Source: Candidatus Moanibacter sp. (GTDB lineage: Bacteria; Verrucomicrobiota; Verrucomicrobiia; Opitutales; UBA2987). From it: a stretch of DNA of 64,000 nucleotides. The notes beneath the pieces are model-generated. The model had not been told where the DNA came from. It ran no database searches and was given only the letters and a program-made list of their open reading frames with translations. The first letter of the stretch is position 1, and each line of letters begins with the position of its first letter. Made by a program: the position numbers and the translations under genes. Below, piece by piece: positions 29,456 through 40,500 of the stretch. The DNA is taken from contig CBDCEW010000102.1 in the NCBI GenBank assembly GCA_965215885.1, forward strand, positions 32,001 to 96,000, read 5' to 3'.

Positions 29456-30955
29456 TTACTGGAAACCCTGGGCCTGTTCCGCCATTAGGCCGCGGCCAAT
29501 GCGGTGAGCTGATTCTGCTTGCTCAGGTGAATAAGCGTCCCCAACTGAGAACTTCGAGGCCAGGAAGAGGCTATTCACCAGAACACAATACTGATTATTG
29601 ACCATAAGCCCGAGAAAGTCTCCCGTTTTGGCGAATACGAGATCTCCGCGCTTCGGGGAAAACTCACCGAAGAGCCTGTTAAAGAGTCTCGACTGCATTC
29701 GGAGGTATTCACTACGGCCGCTCTCTAACTTGAAGGTGGACTCTCCATAGTAGTCTTCATTGCCACTGATAAGAACGGCGCCGGGAAATCGGAAAGGATC
29801 CTGAGCCAATGGGAATACCTTAGTTCCGGAGATTTCGTCGGACCCCCGTTTCATACGAGCGACCATCACACGGGGATCCACCGCGAGAAAAGCGACCTCT
29901 ACCACCTTAAGATTCGACTCTCCCAGATTTGCTGAAGCCGAAATGGAACTGTATTGACTCCTTGAGGCGTCGAGACGGAAGGGTGTATCCCGGGCGTGAA
30001 ACAGTGCAAAGGTATCCTCCCCGTCTGAAACCAGAATACCGTCGGCATCAAAGTTTCTCTCTCTTCCATTGGACAGCTCGGTGGTGAAACTGACGGTCGC
30101 TCTGTTATCCTTGAACTCTCGAAATATAGTATTGAGCGAGAGCGGTTGAATCTGTCGAATCTCCTCGTGGATAGCGGTTGACGATTTCGCCAATACACTG
30201 ACTCCTTCAGCCAGTTTTGAAGTTTGTTTTTGAATCGCCTTTTTTTCCACTCGCACCGTTTCAATTTCGGCCTGAGCGGCAATCAGGTTCTGTTGGAGCA
30301 TCCTCTTTTCCGTTTCCCGGATCTGCAGTTGAGTGTCAAGCTGCCGATTCTCACGCTCCACCGTCCGGCGCTGTTCCTCGAGTGCTCTTATGTCCTTATC
30401 AGCGCGTTCAATTTCAGTCTCCTTATCCTCGAGCTGTTCCTGGAGAAATCGGACGCGTTCCTTCCTGGCAGCCGCCGATTCGCGAGCTTCGCTGAGACGT
30501 TCGGCAAGACCGCTGCGCTCCTCTTCCGAGGCAACCAGCATCGCTTGAGTAGCGGAAAATTCCTCGGTCAATACGCTCCTTTTTTCCTCGAGCTCCTCTC
30601 TTATCGACTCCAGATTCTCCTTCTCCTCGGCGAGCAGACTGGCCGTCGCTGATCGTTCCTCCAAGTCTTCCCTCGACTTCCGCAATTCGGATTCGGTCAC
30701 CTCCAAAGTCTCTACCCGCGAATCGAGCTCGCTCCGCGTATCTCTTAGCTGATCAACCAGACTCCGTCTATTCTGCTCTTCATTTTCCAAAGAGATTTTG
30801 AGCATCTCAAAAAGGTCCTGCTCAGCCGCCGATTCCTCCTGAAGCCTCACTTGCTCCTCTGGAGGAGGACCTTCATCCGGCTGATCGAACCGAGCCAGGG
30901 CGAGCAGGCTGAGAAGCAGAAAATCAGCTATTATCAGGAGTAGCGCCCGACTCAT
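29456..30955 (-). CDS. MotB/ExbD-like TM anchor + long coiled coil + degenerate trypsin-like domain
   Basis: MSRALLLIIADFLLLSLLAL (Asp in TM); E/R/L-rich heptads over ~230 aa; C-terminal GDLVFAKTGDFLGLMV. Confidence 0.7.
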   Translation of the reverse strand: MSRALLLIIADFLLLSLLALARFDQPDEGPPPEEQVRLQEESAAEQDLFEMLKISLENEEQNRRSLVDQLRDTRSELDSRVETLEVTESELRKSREDLEERSATASLLAEEKENLESIREELEEKRSVLTEEFSATQAMLVASEEERSGLAERLSEARESAAARKERVRFLQEQLEDKETEIERADKDIRALEEQRRTVERENRQLDTQLQIRETEKRMLQQNLIAAQAEIETVRVEKKAIQKQTSKLAEGVSVLAKSSTAIHEEIRQIQPLSLNTIFREFKDNRATVSFTTELSNGRERNFDADGILVSDGEDTFALFHARDTPFRLDASRSQYSSISASANLGESNLKVVEVAFLAVDPRVMVARMKRGSDEISGTKVFPLAQDPFRFPGAVLISGNEDYYGESTFKLESGRSEYLRMQSRLFNRLFGEFSPKRGDLVFAKTGDFLGLMVNNQYCVLVNSLFLASKFSVGDAYSPEQAESAHRIGRGLMAEQAQGFQ

Positions 30956-32630
30956 TTTGAAGGGAATCTATATTGACGATGATTAAGCGTCGGTAAGGAC
31001 GCACGTGGACCACCTTGAGCACAGCCACGAAGAGGATACCGAAAAGCGTCGAAGAATAGGCGGCGATGAGGCTGGCTTGAACGATGTCCATGGCAAGCAG
31101 GATAAGCGAAGCCACGGTTCCGCCGAGCCCCACATAGAGACCGAGATCGAAGAGATTGTCTTCATTTTCAAGCAGCTTCAGTTTCAGATCGAGGGTGGCC
31201 TCTTGCTTTTTGATTTCGGAAATTTGGATCAGACAGAAAACGTAGACAATCATCTGCAGGAGAAAGAATAGGATAATAATAAGGATCGTGATTTGATCGA
31301 GCATGGCAGTATCGAGATTCTGCGATTTTAGCGATTCGAGGTTACTAGCAATATTAAATATCAAACGCAACCGCGCTTTCGGTTCAGGACCGCTGGCAAA
31401 CAGGGCCGGTTCCATGAGCACCCACAAGGTTGTGGCAAAGAAGAGAGCGACGATGCTGTTGCGTGTAATCACAAGCGGGTGCAGCCGGGGGATCTTCCGT
31501 CTTCCCATTATGATCTCGAGAATGTTACTGAGAAACAGGGCTACCGCGTAACCGGCAGCCAAAATAGCCAGTATCTTGAGATTTATAGCTGCCTGGGGGT
31601 GGTGATGAGTAAAGCTGAGGAGCGGCGCTTGATGAACCCATGCCGTGATTCGATCCAGCGCTTCGACAAAAGCGGGCGGGCGGTAAACGGGTTTGCTGTG
31701 CTTGAGGAGTGCGTCCACCGCTCCCTTGCCCGCGGAAAGGGCGAAGGAGAGATCATCCCATACTTCCTCGCCAAAATCCCTGGCATAGTTAACGACTGCT
31801 CCCGGCTGATTAGAGAGAAGAACCAGACCGTAGATCATGGGCATAGCTTCCGGATTTCTTCGTAAGAATGAGGCTGTCAGATTCAAGGTCTCTACAGACG
31901 AGAACCGCTTTAGTAACTCGGAGAGCTGCACCCAATTGAGCCTCCTTGCCAAACTAAGCACGGTCAGATAAAACTCCTCCAGGCGCTCCAAAGCCAAACG
32001 GTCTTGGGCGATCGTTCGCTCTGCCATGAACTTGATTTCCCTCAACACTTCTGGAGATAAATGACTGCCCTGAACGAGGAGTGCAGTAGTCAATATCGCT
32101 GCATCCAAGGGCTGCCCAGCCGGAGTAGCGACCGGCATAAATCGAGTATATGCCGTCAGCCTTCGAGTTTCCAGGAGTGTGTGGACAGCTGCATTACTCG
32201 AATTCTCCAGAAACCCGAGCAGATGCCTGCGATATTCGGAACGGATCAGGAGGCTCATCACTTCATTCTCCGGAAGTGACTTCGGATCGACCGCCAACAT
32301 ACTCAGGAACTGCTCAAAATAGGGAGCAGGTCCGCCGGAGAGGGCATAGGCGGGACGTCTCTCCAATAGGAACCGCTGCCTCTCTTCGAATGACGCTCTT
32401 CCGACGCGTATTTTCGGTAGGGAACGTATAATTTCTACAGGCCCGATTTTTCCCGAATCCAGGTAGAGAATAGCCAGTTCATCAAGAGATTCCGTTCCTC
32501 TTCCCGCTTCGACTAATACTCCAGGCGCAACCGCGCGAAAATGCACCGGAATACCCGCTCCAAACAATGCCAGGACAGATGCTAGCACCAGAAGTAAGAG
32601 GGCTTCGAAGAGTATCGCCTGCTTTGTCAT
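30924..32630 (-). CDS. Polytopic membrane protein with a C-terminal MotA/TolQ/ExbB-like channel region
   Basis: LGLYVGLGGTVASLI and AAYSSTLFGIL helices; large N-terminal soluble domain. Confidence 0.7.
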   Translation of the reverse strand: MTKQAILFEALLLLVLASVLALFGAGIPVHFRAVAPGVLVEAGRGTESLDELAILYLDSGKIGPVEIIRSLPKIRVGRASFEERQRFLLERRPAYALSGGPAPYFEQFLSMLAVDPKSLPENEVMSLLIRSEYRRHLLGFLENSSNAAVHTLLETRRLTAYTRFMPVATPAGQPLDAAILTTALLVQGSHLSPEVLREIKFMAERTIAQDRLALERLEEFYLTVLSLARRLNWVQLSELLKRFSSVETLNLTASFLRRNPEAMPMIYGLVLLSNQPGAVVNYARDFGEEVWDDLSFALSAGKGAVDALLKHSKPVYRPPAFVEALDRITAWVHQAPLLSFTHHHPQAAINLKILAILAAGYAVALFLSNILEIIMGRRKIPRLHPLVITRNSIVALFFATTLWVLMEPALFASGPEPKARLRLIFNIASNLESLKSQNLDTAMLDQITILIIILFFLLQMIVYVFCLIQISEIKKQEATLDLKLKLLENEDNLFDLGLYVGLGGTVASLILLAMDIVQASLIAAYSSTLFGILFVAVLKVVHVRPYRRLIIVNIDSLQNESGATPDNS

Positions 32631-32690
32631 TACTTACCGGGTGTTTTTGTTGCTCGATAAATTGTGAACCTTGTAGGAGATTAGAGCACT

Positions 32691-33251
32691 ATGTTGCTCC
32701 GCGTGACGAAATACGGCGAGGCCATTTTGCGAAGAAAAGGGGAAAAAGTCCAACGCTTCGACCGTACCCTCGCGCAGCTGGCCGAAGATATGATTGAAAC
32801 GATGGTCGGCCACGAAGGGATAGGCCTGGCCGCACAGCAAGTGAATCAATCAGTCATGCTTTGTGTGCTGGACCTCCAGTTGGCTGGGAAGGAGATTGAG
32901 ATAGAGTATTCCATTGACGGGAAGCAGCCACCGCTCGAGCTGTTGATGCCCCTGGTGTTGATTAATCCTGAAGTTGAAATCACCTCTAGCGTAGAAGCTC
33001 CCTATGAAGAGGGATGCCTTTCCTTTCCCGAAATTCGGGGCGAGGTTTATCGGCCAAATGCCGTTACTGTCGTATATCAGGATCAAGAAGGCGTCTCTCA
33101 CAGGTTGGAATGCGACGGACTGCTAGCTCGCGTCATTCAACACGAGGTCGATCACCTGAACGGCATTCTCTTTATTGATCGCATGGAGCCTCTGGTCCTT
33201 AAATCCATAGAGCCCGAGATCAGAAAATTGAAACGCCAAACTCGTGAGTAG
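32691..33251 (+). CDS. def: Peptide deformylase
   Basis: GIGLAAQQ, EGCLS, QHEVDHLNG. Confidence 0.97.
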   Translation: MLLRVTKYGEAILRRKGEKVQRFDRTLAQLAEDMIETMVGHEGIGLAAQQVNQSVMLCVLDLQLAGKEIEIEYSIDGKQPPLELLMPLVLINPEVEITSSVEAPYEEGCLSFPEIRGEVYRPNAVTVVYQDQEGVSHRLECDGLLARVIQHEVDHLNGILFIDRMEPLVLKSIEPEIRKLKRQTRE

Positions 33252-33305
33252 ATTAAAGCGCAAAGATAAAGAATCGCACCCACCCCTTTGCAATCACTCT
33301 CCAAA

Positions 33306-33695
33306 ATGGCAAATCTCCGGAACACGAAACAGCGTAAAGCGATCTTGACCGCTCTGAACGAAGCAAGACGACCGCTCAGCGCAAGCGAAATTTACGAAAA
33401 TGGACGTCGATCTTCCCCTGGCCTGGGAATACGGACGGTTTACCGATTTATCCACGATATGGTGGAGGAGGGAAAACTGGTCGGCCTCGACTACCCAGGA
33501 CAACCGCCGCGCTTCGAACTCGTCCATAGGCGCCATCATCCTCATTTTATCTGCAGCAAGTGCAAAAAGCTTTTCGACTTCAAGAAGGAGACCCCGGATG
33601 TACCTTATGACCCTCCCGCGGGTTTCATAATCGAAGGCCAGGAGGTTACTTTTTACGGCACCTGCCCCAGTTGCCTCGATCAGGTGGATTCCTAA
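33306..33695 (+). CDS. Fur-family transcriptional regulator
   Basis: TKQRKAIL, TVYR, HHPHFICSKC, GTCPSC. Confidence 0.9.
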   Translation: MANLRNTKQRKAILTALNEARRPLSASEIYENGRRSSPGLGIRTVYRFIHDMVEEGKLVGLDYPGQPPRFELVHRRHHPHFICSKCKKLFDFKKETPDVPYDPPAGFIIEGQEVTFYGTCPSCLDQVDS

Positions 33696-34175
33696 GACAG
33701 TATTCGGCCGCAGACATAACGAACGCAGGAATAGAAAAGAAACCACGGATTACGCTGATTGCACGGATGGGGAACTAAAAGACTGATCTTGCTGAGCGGT
33801 GCTGCAAATCGGGAGTCGACTCAGTCTTGGTCCTTGGTACCGAGCAGCATGCATCTTCAGAGACTCTTAGCTTCCAAATTCGCACTCTCCTATCCGTGTA
33901 TATCCGTATTACAATCCGGCAGAACCTTGTTTCTTTAGCAAGTTTCTGCGTAGAAGAGGTTGGTATTCAATAAATTGCAGTCGACAAGGTTTGGGATCCC
34001 GCTCAGCGGGATTCGCGACGAGGTTACCCAAGGGAAGTAGGAGTTTCCTTCTGCATTCGCGTCCATCTGCGTGCATCTGCGGTTCTCTTCTTCTTTTTGG
34101 TTGCGGCTAAGCTGCCCTAAGTCATCCGTGTTCATTACAATCTCCGAACAACGTAAGCAAACTACGGGGTAAGAC

Positions 34176-35159
34176 CTAGTCGACCCCAAAGAGTTCCGGG
34201 TGAATTGCTTCGACCAGCTCCTCGAGGGCATCGATCATGCGTGGGCCCGGGATTGCAAATAGATCCTCTCTGATGATCTCCAGGCGCCTGTTCCTTACCG
34301 CCGATACATGACGCCAGACTTCGTGATGGGCCAGATTCGATAAACCCCGACCCGCTTCCTGCCTGGCCCGCAAATCGGGTGGCACGGCCAATATTAGAAC
34401 CTGGGGATCCGTTTTTACCAAGCCCTCCAGGGATAACTGCGGCCAGCTCGATCGAAGTTTAGCAGCGACGTTTTCAGCATAGCAGAGTTCAATCAAATCT
34501 CCCGCCCAGGAACCCCTCCCGGCACTGTGTAATCCTTCGAGATCATAGAGCAGCGCCACACGAGGCCTCACCAGATTTTCTGCACTCTCCAATATCATTG
34601 CAATCTCATCGCGTCTCTTCTCAATTCCAGAAATCAGCCGCAATGCCTCACCTTTTGATCCGGTGATTTTCCCAATCTCACCAATGTCTCGCAGGACGCC
34701 TTGAAAACTACCATGCTCAAACGCAGCCGAGGTCAGACCAACAGCCTCCATGCGGGCATATACCCGCAACGAGCTCAAAACTGTCCCCAATACAAGGTCC
34801 GGCTGTAGCTGTACTATCAACTCAATATTGGGATGCCGCAGGTCGCCGATCTTTGGAACTGACTGTGCTCCCTCCGGGTAATTGCAGTATGTCGTGTTGC
34901 CTACCAATCGATCCTCCGCCTTTAATGCGAATATTATCTCCGTAATGCTCGGAGCTAGAGACACTATCCGTCTCGGTGAATACTCAATTTTCACTCTGCG
35001 GTCGTAGCCATCCTTTAGCCAAAGTGGATACGTCCCCTCCGCTGCAATCATCCCTCCTGTCCGACTCCCTCCCTCCCTCCTGTAGGGGACCGGCAGAACT
35101 ATCAATATCAGACAGCCTATCAGCACACCAATAAAGTAATATCGCGCGCGACGTCCCAT
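34176..35159 (-). CDS. BtuF-like (cobalamin/Fe-chelate) substrate-binding protein with N-terminal anchor
   Basis: RIVSLAPSITEIIFAL, CNYPE, PNIELI..LQPDLV, PGPRM. Confidence 0.88.
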   Translation of the reverse strand: MGRRARYYFIGVLIGCLILIVLPVPYRREGGSRTGGMIAAEGTYPLWLKDGYDRRVKIEYSPRRIVSLAPSITEIIFALKAEDRLVGNTTYCNYPEGAQSVPKIGDLRHPNIELIVQLQPDLVLGTVLSSLRVYARMEAVGLTSAAFEHGSFQGVLRDIGEIGKITGSKGEALRLISGIEKRRDEIAMILESAENLVRPRVALLYDLEGLHSAGRGSWAGDLIELCYAENVAAKLRSSWPQLSLEGLVKTDPQVLILAVPPDLRARQEAGRGLSNLAHHEVWRHVSAVRNRRLEIIREDLFAIPGPRMIDALEELVEAIHPELFGVD

Positions 35160-35230
35160 CCTATTTTATTGGCATATAATTGTCATTAAGCCTTGAAAAA
35201 GAGAGCTAGGCAAACAAAAGAGTATGGGGT

Positions 35231-37120
35231 ATGGAAGAGAATCTCGAGAAAATGAGAAGCGCGTTGAAGGTATTTTCAGTACTATTTACTGTTATAGTGC
35301 TTTCTGAAACGGAAGTGTGGGGTCAAGAAAGCAAGGAAACGAGGCGAGAGGTGGAGGAGGAAAGCGAACTGCATGCCTACGTGGTAGTGGCATCGCGAAC
35401 ACCGATAACTATGGAACGAACGTCTCCCTCGATATCAGTAGTCTACAAAGAGGAGATCGAAGACCGGCAATATCAGCGGCTGGAAGATGTGCTGAGGATT
35501 CTACCCGGGCTCAGTCTTGCGACGACGGGACAGAGAGGTGCCGTCACCTCGCTATTTACTCGTGGCACGAACAGCGATCACACGGCGTTTCTCTTGGATG
35601 GACGAAAATTGAATGGAGGATTTTCCGGCAGTTACAATCTGGCGCAGCTCGGTCTGGAAAACATAGAGAGTGTCGAGGTCATGCGGGGCGCATCCTCCAC
35701 TCTTTATGGCGCGGAGGGGCTTGGGGGGGTGGTAAACCTGCGGTATCGGCACAAGACTGATAGAGAGGGGCAAGCGATTACCGCAACAGGCGAGGGAGGA
35801 TCTTTTGATTCTTACCGGGCCACCCTGAGCGGAGAATGGGAAAGCGATCGGGTTGGAGCTTCGTTGGGCATTTCGCACTTTGAAACGGCCAACCAGGAAC
35901 CGAACAGTCGCTACCGGATCACAAATCTGATGCCCCGCTTCAGATTCAAACTCGATGAGAGAGCGGAGATTGATCTTGTCGGGCTCTACTATAATTCGGA
36001 CATCGGGACGCCTGACAACAGAAAGTCGTTTGCCTACCCGGCTCTATTTGACTTCCAGACCACAAAGTCGTGGATGATCTCACCGGGCCTATCATGGAAA
36101 TACAGGAAGGCGCTTTCGGCCCGCCTCTTCTACTCTCGTAGCGAGGATAGAATTGAGGCGAAGAATGTCGGATTTTTCTTTCATACGGATTCACGGACTC
36201 ATACCGATCAGGTCGATCTCCAGGTTGACTGGTCACCGACCGACAACGTAACCGGTACTGTTGGAGCGGTTTACTTCAACCAGGACTATCTTCAGGAAGA
36301 TCTTCTTTTCGGGGGACGGCCTTTTGACAATAGTTGGAACAGCCGGAGCATCTACGGCCAGATTCAATGGCAGACGAAGCAGAATTTTTTCCTAACCGGG
36401 GGAGTACGGTATGACGACTACTCCGATTTCGGTAGCCCTCTGACATGGAACCTATCGATTAACAGGAAACTCCCCCTTTTCGGCGCAGATCTTTTTGCCA
36501 AAGCGGCCACCGCATATGCAACCCCGCAGGCCATCGACCTATATGGCATCTTCGGCAACCCGGAACTCAATGCGGAGGAGAGTGATAGCTGGGAATTCGG
36601 AATAAAGCAAAAGCTCTACGGAGAGAAGATCTCCTGGAGTGCGCTATTTTTCCACAATGATTTTGTTAATCTGATCACCGGATTTCCTCCGGTTAACGCC
36701 GGAAGAGCATTTTCCGAAGGTCTCGAGACTTCCTTTCGGCTAACTCCCCATAAGCGGCTCCTTATCTACGCGAACTACACCTACCTCACAGCGGAGAATC
36801 TCGACAGCAATTCTCGACTGGCGAGGCGTCCCCGGCACCAGGGGACAATTGGGCTGAGACTGAGGGACAAGAGAGGTCTAACCGCGGGCTTCGAATTTCG
36901 GTTCGTGAGCGATCGGGAAGATATCGATGGAGGGACCTTTGTTCGCATCGATGGAGAAGATTATTCAGTAGCGCGCATCTATGGAAGTTACCGTATTTCC
37001 GAAAGCTTCTCCGTCTTTGGGCGGGTGGAGAATCTTTTCAATGAGCAGTACGACGAAGTCGACGGTTTCAAGACGTTGGACATGGGCGCCTATTTCGGCG
37101 CCCGGCTCTCCTTCAGATAG
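35231..37120 (+). CDS. TonB-dependent receptor (BtuB-like)
   Basis: VVVASR TonB box; RGTNSDHTAFLLDG; IESVEVMRGASSTLYG; VENLFNEQY; adjacent to the BtuF-like gene and metH. Confidence 0.9.
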   Translation: MEENLEKMRSALKVFSVLFTVIVLSETEVWGQESKETRREVEEESELHAYVVVASRTPITMERTSPSISVVYKEEIEDRQYQRLEDVLRILPGLSLATTGQRGAVTSLFTRGTNSDHTAFLLDGRKLNGGFSGSYNLAQLGLENIESVEVMRGASSTLYGAEGLGGVVNLRYRHKTDREGQAITATGEGGSFDSYRATLSGEWESDRVGASLGISHFETANQEPNSRYRITNLMPRFRFKLDERAEIDLVGLYYNSDIGTPDNRKSFAYPALFDFQTTKSWMISPGLSWKYRKALSARLFYSRSEDRIEAKNVGFFFHTDSRTHTDQVDLQVDWSPTDNVTGTVGAVYFNQDYLQEDLLFGGRPFDNSWNSRSIYGQIQWQTKQNFFLTGGVRYDDYSDFGSPLTWNLSINRKLPLFGADLFAKAATAYATPQAIDLYGIFGNPELNAEESDSWEFGIKQKLYGEKISWSALFFHNDFVNLITGFPPVNAGRAFSEGLETSFRLTPHKRLLIYANYTYLTAENLDSNSRLARRPRHQGTIGLRLRDKRGLTAGFEFRFVSDREDIDGGTFVRIDGEDYSVARIYGSYRISESFSVFGRVENLFNEQYDEVDGFKTLDMGAYFGARLSFR

Positions 37121-37512
37121 CAGTTGAGCGAAATTAAAGCTTGAGGACTCTTTTCTAAGATTTCTCCCACGGTGGGCTGCGCCCTATACCACTGTGCTTG
37201 CCAGTGATCCTCGCTCCCATGTTCGAATGGAGTCTCGGTTGAGCTTTTCTCCTTCATCGATCGATCACCGCAAGGAACAGTGGTATGGCTACTGCATCCG
37301 AGGGCTTTCTCTCTGTGTGAATTCTTTTCCATCGGGGGCTTCCCGATCGTCTCGCGCTGAGTGGGACTTCCGCCTCCCCCAGCATCCTAAATCGCCTCAG
37401 ATCCTCTCAGTGGGATGACCGTAATTGCGAATTGGAGTACTTTGCCATGGCGGTTTAATCCGTTGACCTTAAAGTCGATAGCTTCAAGTAATGAATTGAC
37501 CATACTTGACGG

Positions 37513-40500
37513 ATGCCTGATACAGAATCTCAAAGGCAGGTCTTAGAGGTCGAGCAGACCTTGAAGGATCTCCTCGAAAGGCGGATTGTCATCCTCGATG
37601 GCGCGATGGGGACGATGATTCAATCCTATGAACTTGGGGAGGACGACTTTCGAGGAGACATATTCAGGGATCATCCGACCGATCTGAGAGGCAACAATGA
37701 ACTCCTTTGTCTGACCCGCCCGGAAATTGTCGAGGAGATTCACTGTGGCTTTTTGCAGGCGGGCGCTGATCTCATTGAAACGAACACGTTTAATGGTACC
37801 GGTGTGTCTCAGTCCGACTATGGATTGTCGGAGATCGTATACGATCTTAACAGATCCGCCGCGAAACTGGCGAGAAAGTCGGCCGATGAGTATACGAGAC
37901 GGAATCCCGAGCGGCCGCGCTTTGTAGCCGGGGCAATGGGTCCCACGAATCGCACCGCTTCGCTCTCGCCTGACGTGAACAGGCCCGAATACCGAACGAT
38001 AACGTTCGACCAGCTCGTTGAGGCCTATTACGAACAGGCGAGGTGACTGGTCGACGGTGGGGTTGATCTTCTCATTCCGGAGACAGTGTTTGACACTCTG
38101 AATTTGAAAGCCGCTCTCATTGCGATAAACAATCTGAAGGAGGAACGCGGCGTAGAAGTCCCGTTGATGATCTCCGTGACCATCACTGACGCTTCCGGGC
38201 GCACGCTTTCGGGGCAAACGATCGAGGGTTTCTGGAATTCAGTGGCGCACGCGAGTCCGCTCAGCGTAGGAATCAACTGCGCCCTGGGTGCCACGGAGAT
38301 GCGCCCCTATATTGAGGAACTCTCACGCCTTTCCGACTGTTATCTCAGCTGCTATCCCAATGCCGGGCTTCCCAACGCATTCGGTGGTTATGACGATTCT
38401 CCGGAAAAGATGGCACGGCTGCTGGGGGAGTTCGCCAGCGAGGGGTGGCTCAACATGGTTGGCGGCTGTTGCGGGACAACCCCGCGCCACATTGAGGCGA
38501 TAGCGGGCGCCGTTCAGGCAATTCCCCCCCGTAAGAGGCCGACCATTCCGATGGCCACAAGACTGAGTGGCCTCGAAGCGCTTAATCTCGTAGGTGATGA
38601 AGCCCCTTTTATGATTGTGGGCGAACGTACCAATGTCACGGGCTCGCCGGGTTTTCGAAAGCTTATCAAAGCCAATGACTTCGAGGCCGCACTTGCCGTT
38701 GCACGCCATCAAGTGGAAAGCGGCGCCAATATGATCGATGTAAACTTCGATGAAGCCCTCCTCGATGGTGAGGCGAGCATGACTCGGTTTCTCAATTTGG
38801 TCGCATCGGAACCTGATATATCCCGAATCCCGGTTCTGGTCGACAGCTCGAGATGGTCCGTCATCGAGGCCGGCCTGAAATGCGTTCAGGGAAAATGTAT
38901 CGTCAACTCCATCAGCTTGAAAGAGGGGGAGGAGAGGTTTCTTGAACAGGCACGCACTATCCAGAGTTACGGAGCGGCCGTCGTTGTCATGGCCTTCGAC
39001 GAGAAAGGCCAGGCCACCACGGTTGAACAAAAAGTTGGAATATGCCGGCGCGCGTATGCTCTCCTGACGGAGAGACTCGGTTTCTGCCCCGCCGACATCA
39101 TTTTTGATCCAAACATCCTTACAATAGCCACCGGGATGGAAGAACACAACGAATACGCGGTGAATTTCCTGAAGGCGATACCTGAGATCAAGAAACATTG
39201 TCCCCATGCCCTGGTAAACGGTGGCGTCAGTAATATTTCTTTCTCGTTTCGAAGCCAGAAGGTGGTACGGGAAGCGATGCACGCAGCTTTCCTTTACCAC
39301 GCCATAAAAGCTGGGCTCGATATGGCGATCGTCAACGCCGGCCTCCTTGCTGTTTACGAGGAGATTCCGGAAGATCTCCTCGAGCATGTGGAGGATGCTA
39401 TTTTTAACCGGCGTCCGGATGCCACGGAACGGCTTATCGTGTTCGCCGAAAAAACCCGGGATCGAGAGAAGGGCAAGAGCAGGAAACAGACGCTTCCATG
39501 GAGGGAGGGGAGTGTTGAAGAGCGGCTTTCCCATTCCCTCATTCATGGCATTACTGATTTCATAGAAAAGGATACCGAAGAGGCCCGTTTGGCCTGCGAC
39601 CGTCCTCTCGATGTCATCGAGGGACCGCTTATGGACGGCATGAAAGTAGTGGGTGACCTGTTCGGGGAGGGTAAAATGTTCCTCCCACAAGTGGTGAAGA
39701 GCGCCCGCGTTATGAAGAAGGCGGTAGCCTATTTGAACCCATTTATGGAGGATGAGAAGGAAAGAACGGGTGTCAGGAGCAGCCAGGGAAAAGTCGTTCT
39801 CGCCACCGTCAAGGGGGATGTCCACGATATCGGTAAGAGCATCGTGGGAGTAGTTCTGGCATGCAACAATTACGAAGTGAAGGACCTCGGTGTTATGGTG
39901 CCGTGTGAAAAGATTCTCGAGACAGCTCGCGCCAACAATGTCGACTTCATCGGCTTGAGCGGGCTGATTACGCCCTCGCTGGACGAGATGGTGCACAACG
40001 CCGCGGTGATGCAGCGTGAGGGCTTCACTTTGCCCCTTCTCATCGGCGGGGCCACCACCAGCAAAGCACACACTGCCATCAAAGTTTCACCTGAATATGA
40101 AGGTGCGGTGTGCCATGTTCTCGATGCGTCACGTGTAGTCGGGGTATGTAATCAGCTTCTCAAACCAGATACACGGGATTCGTTTGTGGAAAAGACTGCC
40201 CGGGAATACGATAAAATTCGGGTGCGCCACAAGGCGAGGATAGGCGGTCGCAAAGTGACGATATCCCTTGAAAAAGCTCGTGAAAAAAAGCTCAAGGTCG
40301 ATTGGCAAAACACGAAAATCTCTCTTCCCACAAGATTAGGTACGCAATCCTTTGACGGCGTCTCCCTCGAGGAGATCGCGACCTATATCGATTGGTCGCC
40401 TTTTTTCTGGGTCTGGGAGTTGAGGGGCGTTTATCCGGGTATTCTGGAGCATGAGAAGTACGGAGAAGAGGCCAGCGAGCTCTATGACGATGCGAAAAGG

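Noticed and set aside
29456..32630. Canonical Zorya or flagellar stator
   Set aside because: The coiled coil is on the B subunit, there is no OmpA-like domain, and no zorC/D/E or flagellar genes are adjacent.
37121..37512. Cobalamin or SAM riboswitch upstream of metH
   Set aside because: Only a short IR (ATACCACTGT/ACAGTGGTAT) is visible. No B12-box or SAM-I core motifs could be recognised by eye.
38044..38100. Selenocysteine or genetic code 4/25 reading of the metH TGA
   Set aside because: The position is not a Cys site, no clear SECIS follows, and TGA ends several intact genes here (moeB, both transposases, pilin, AI-2E).
38323..40071. 582-aa antisense ORF, and similar long shadow ORFs (37543-38217, 8954-9748, 15808-16590)
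   Set aside because: They lie antisense to well-supported genes and have no motifs of their own.
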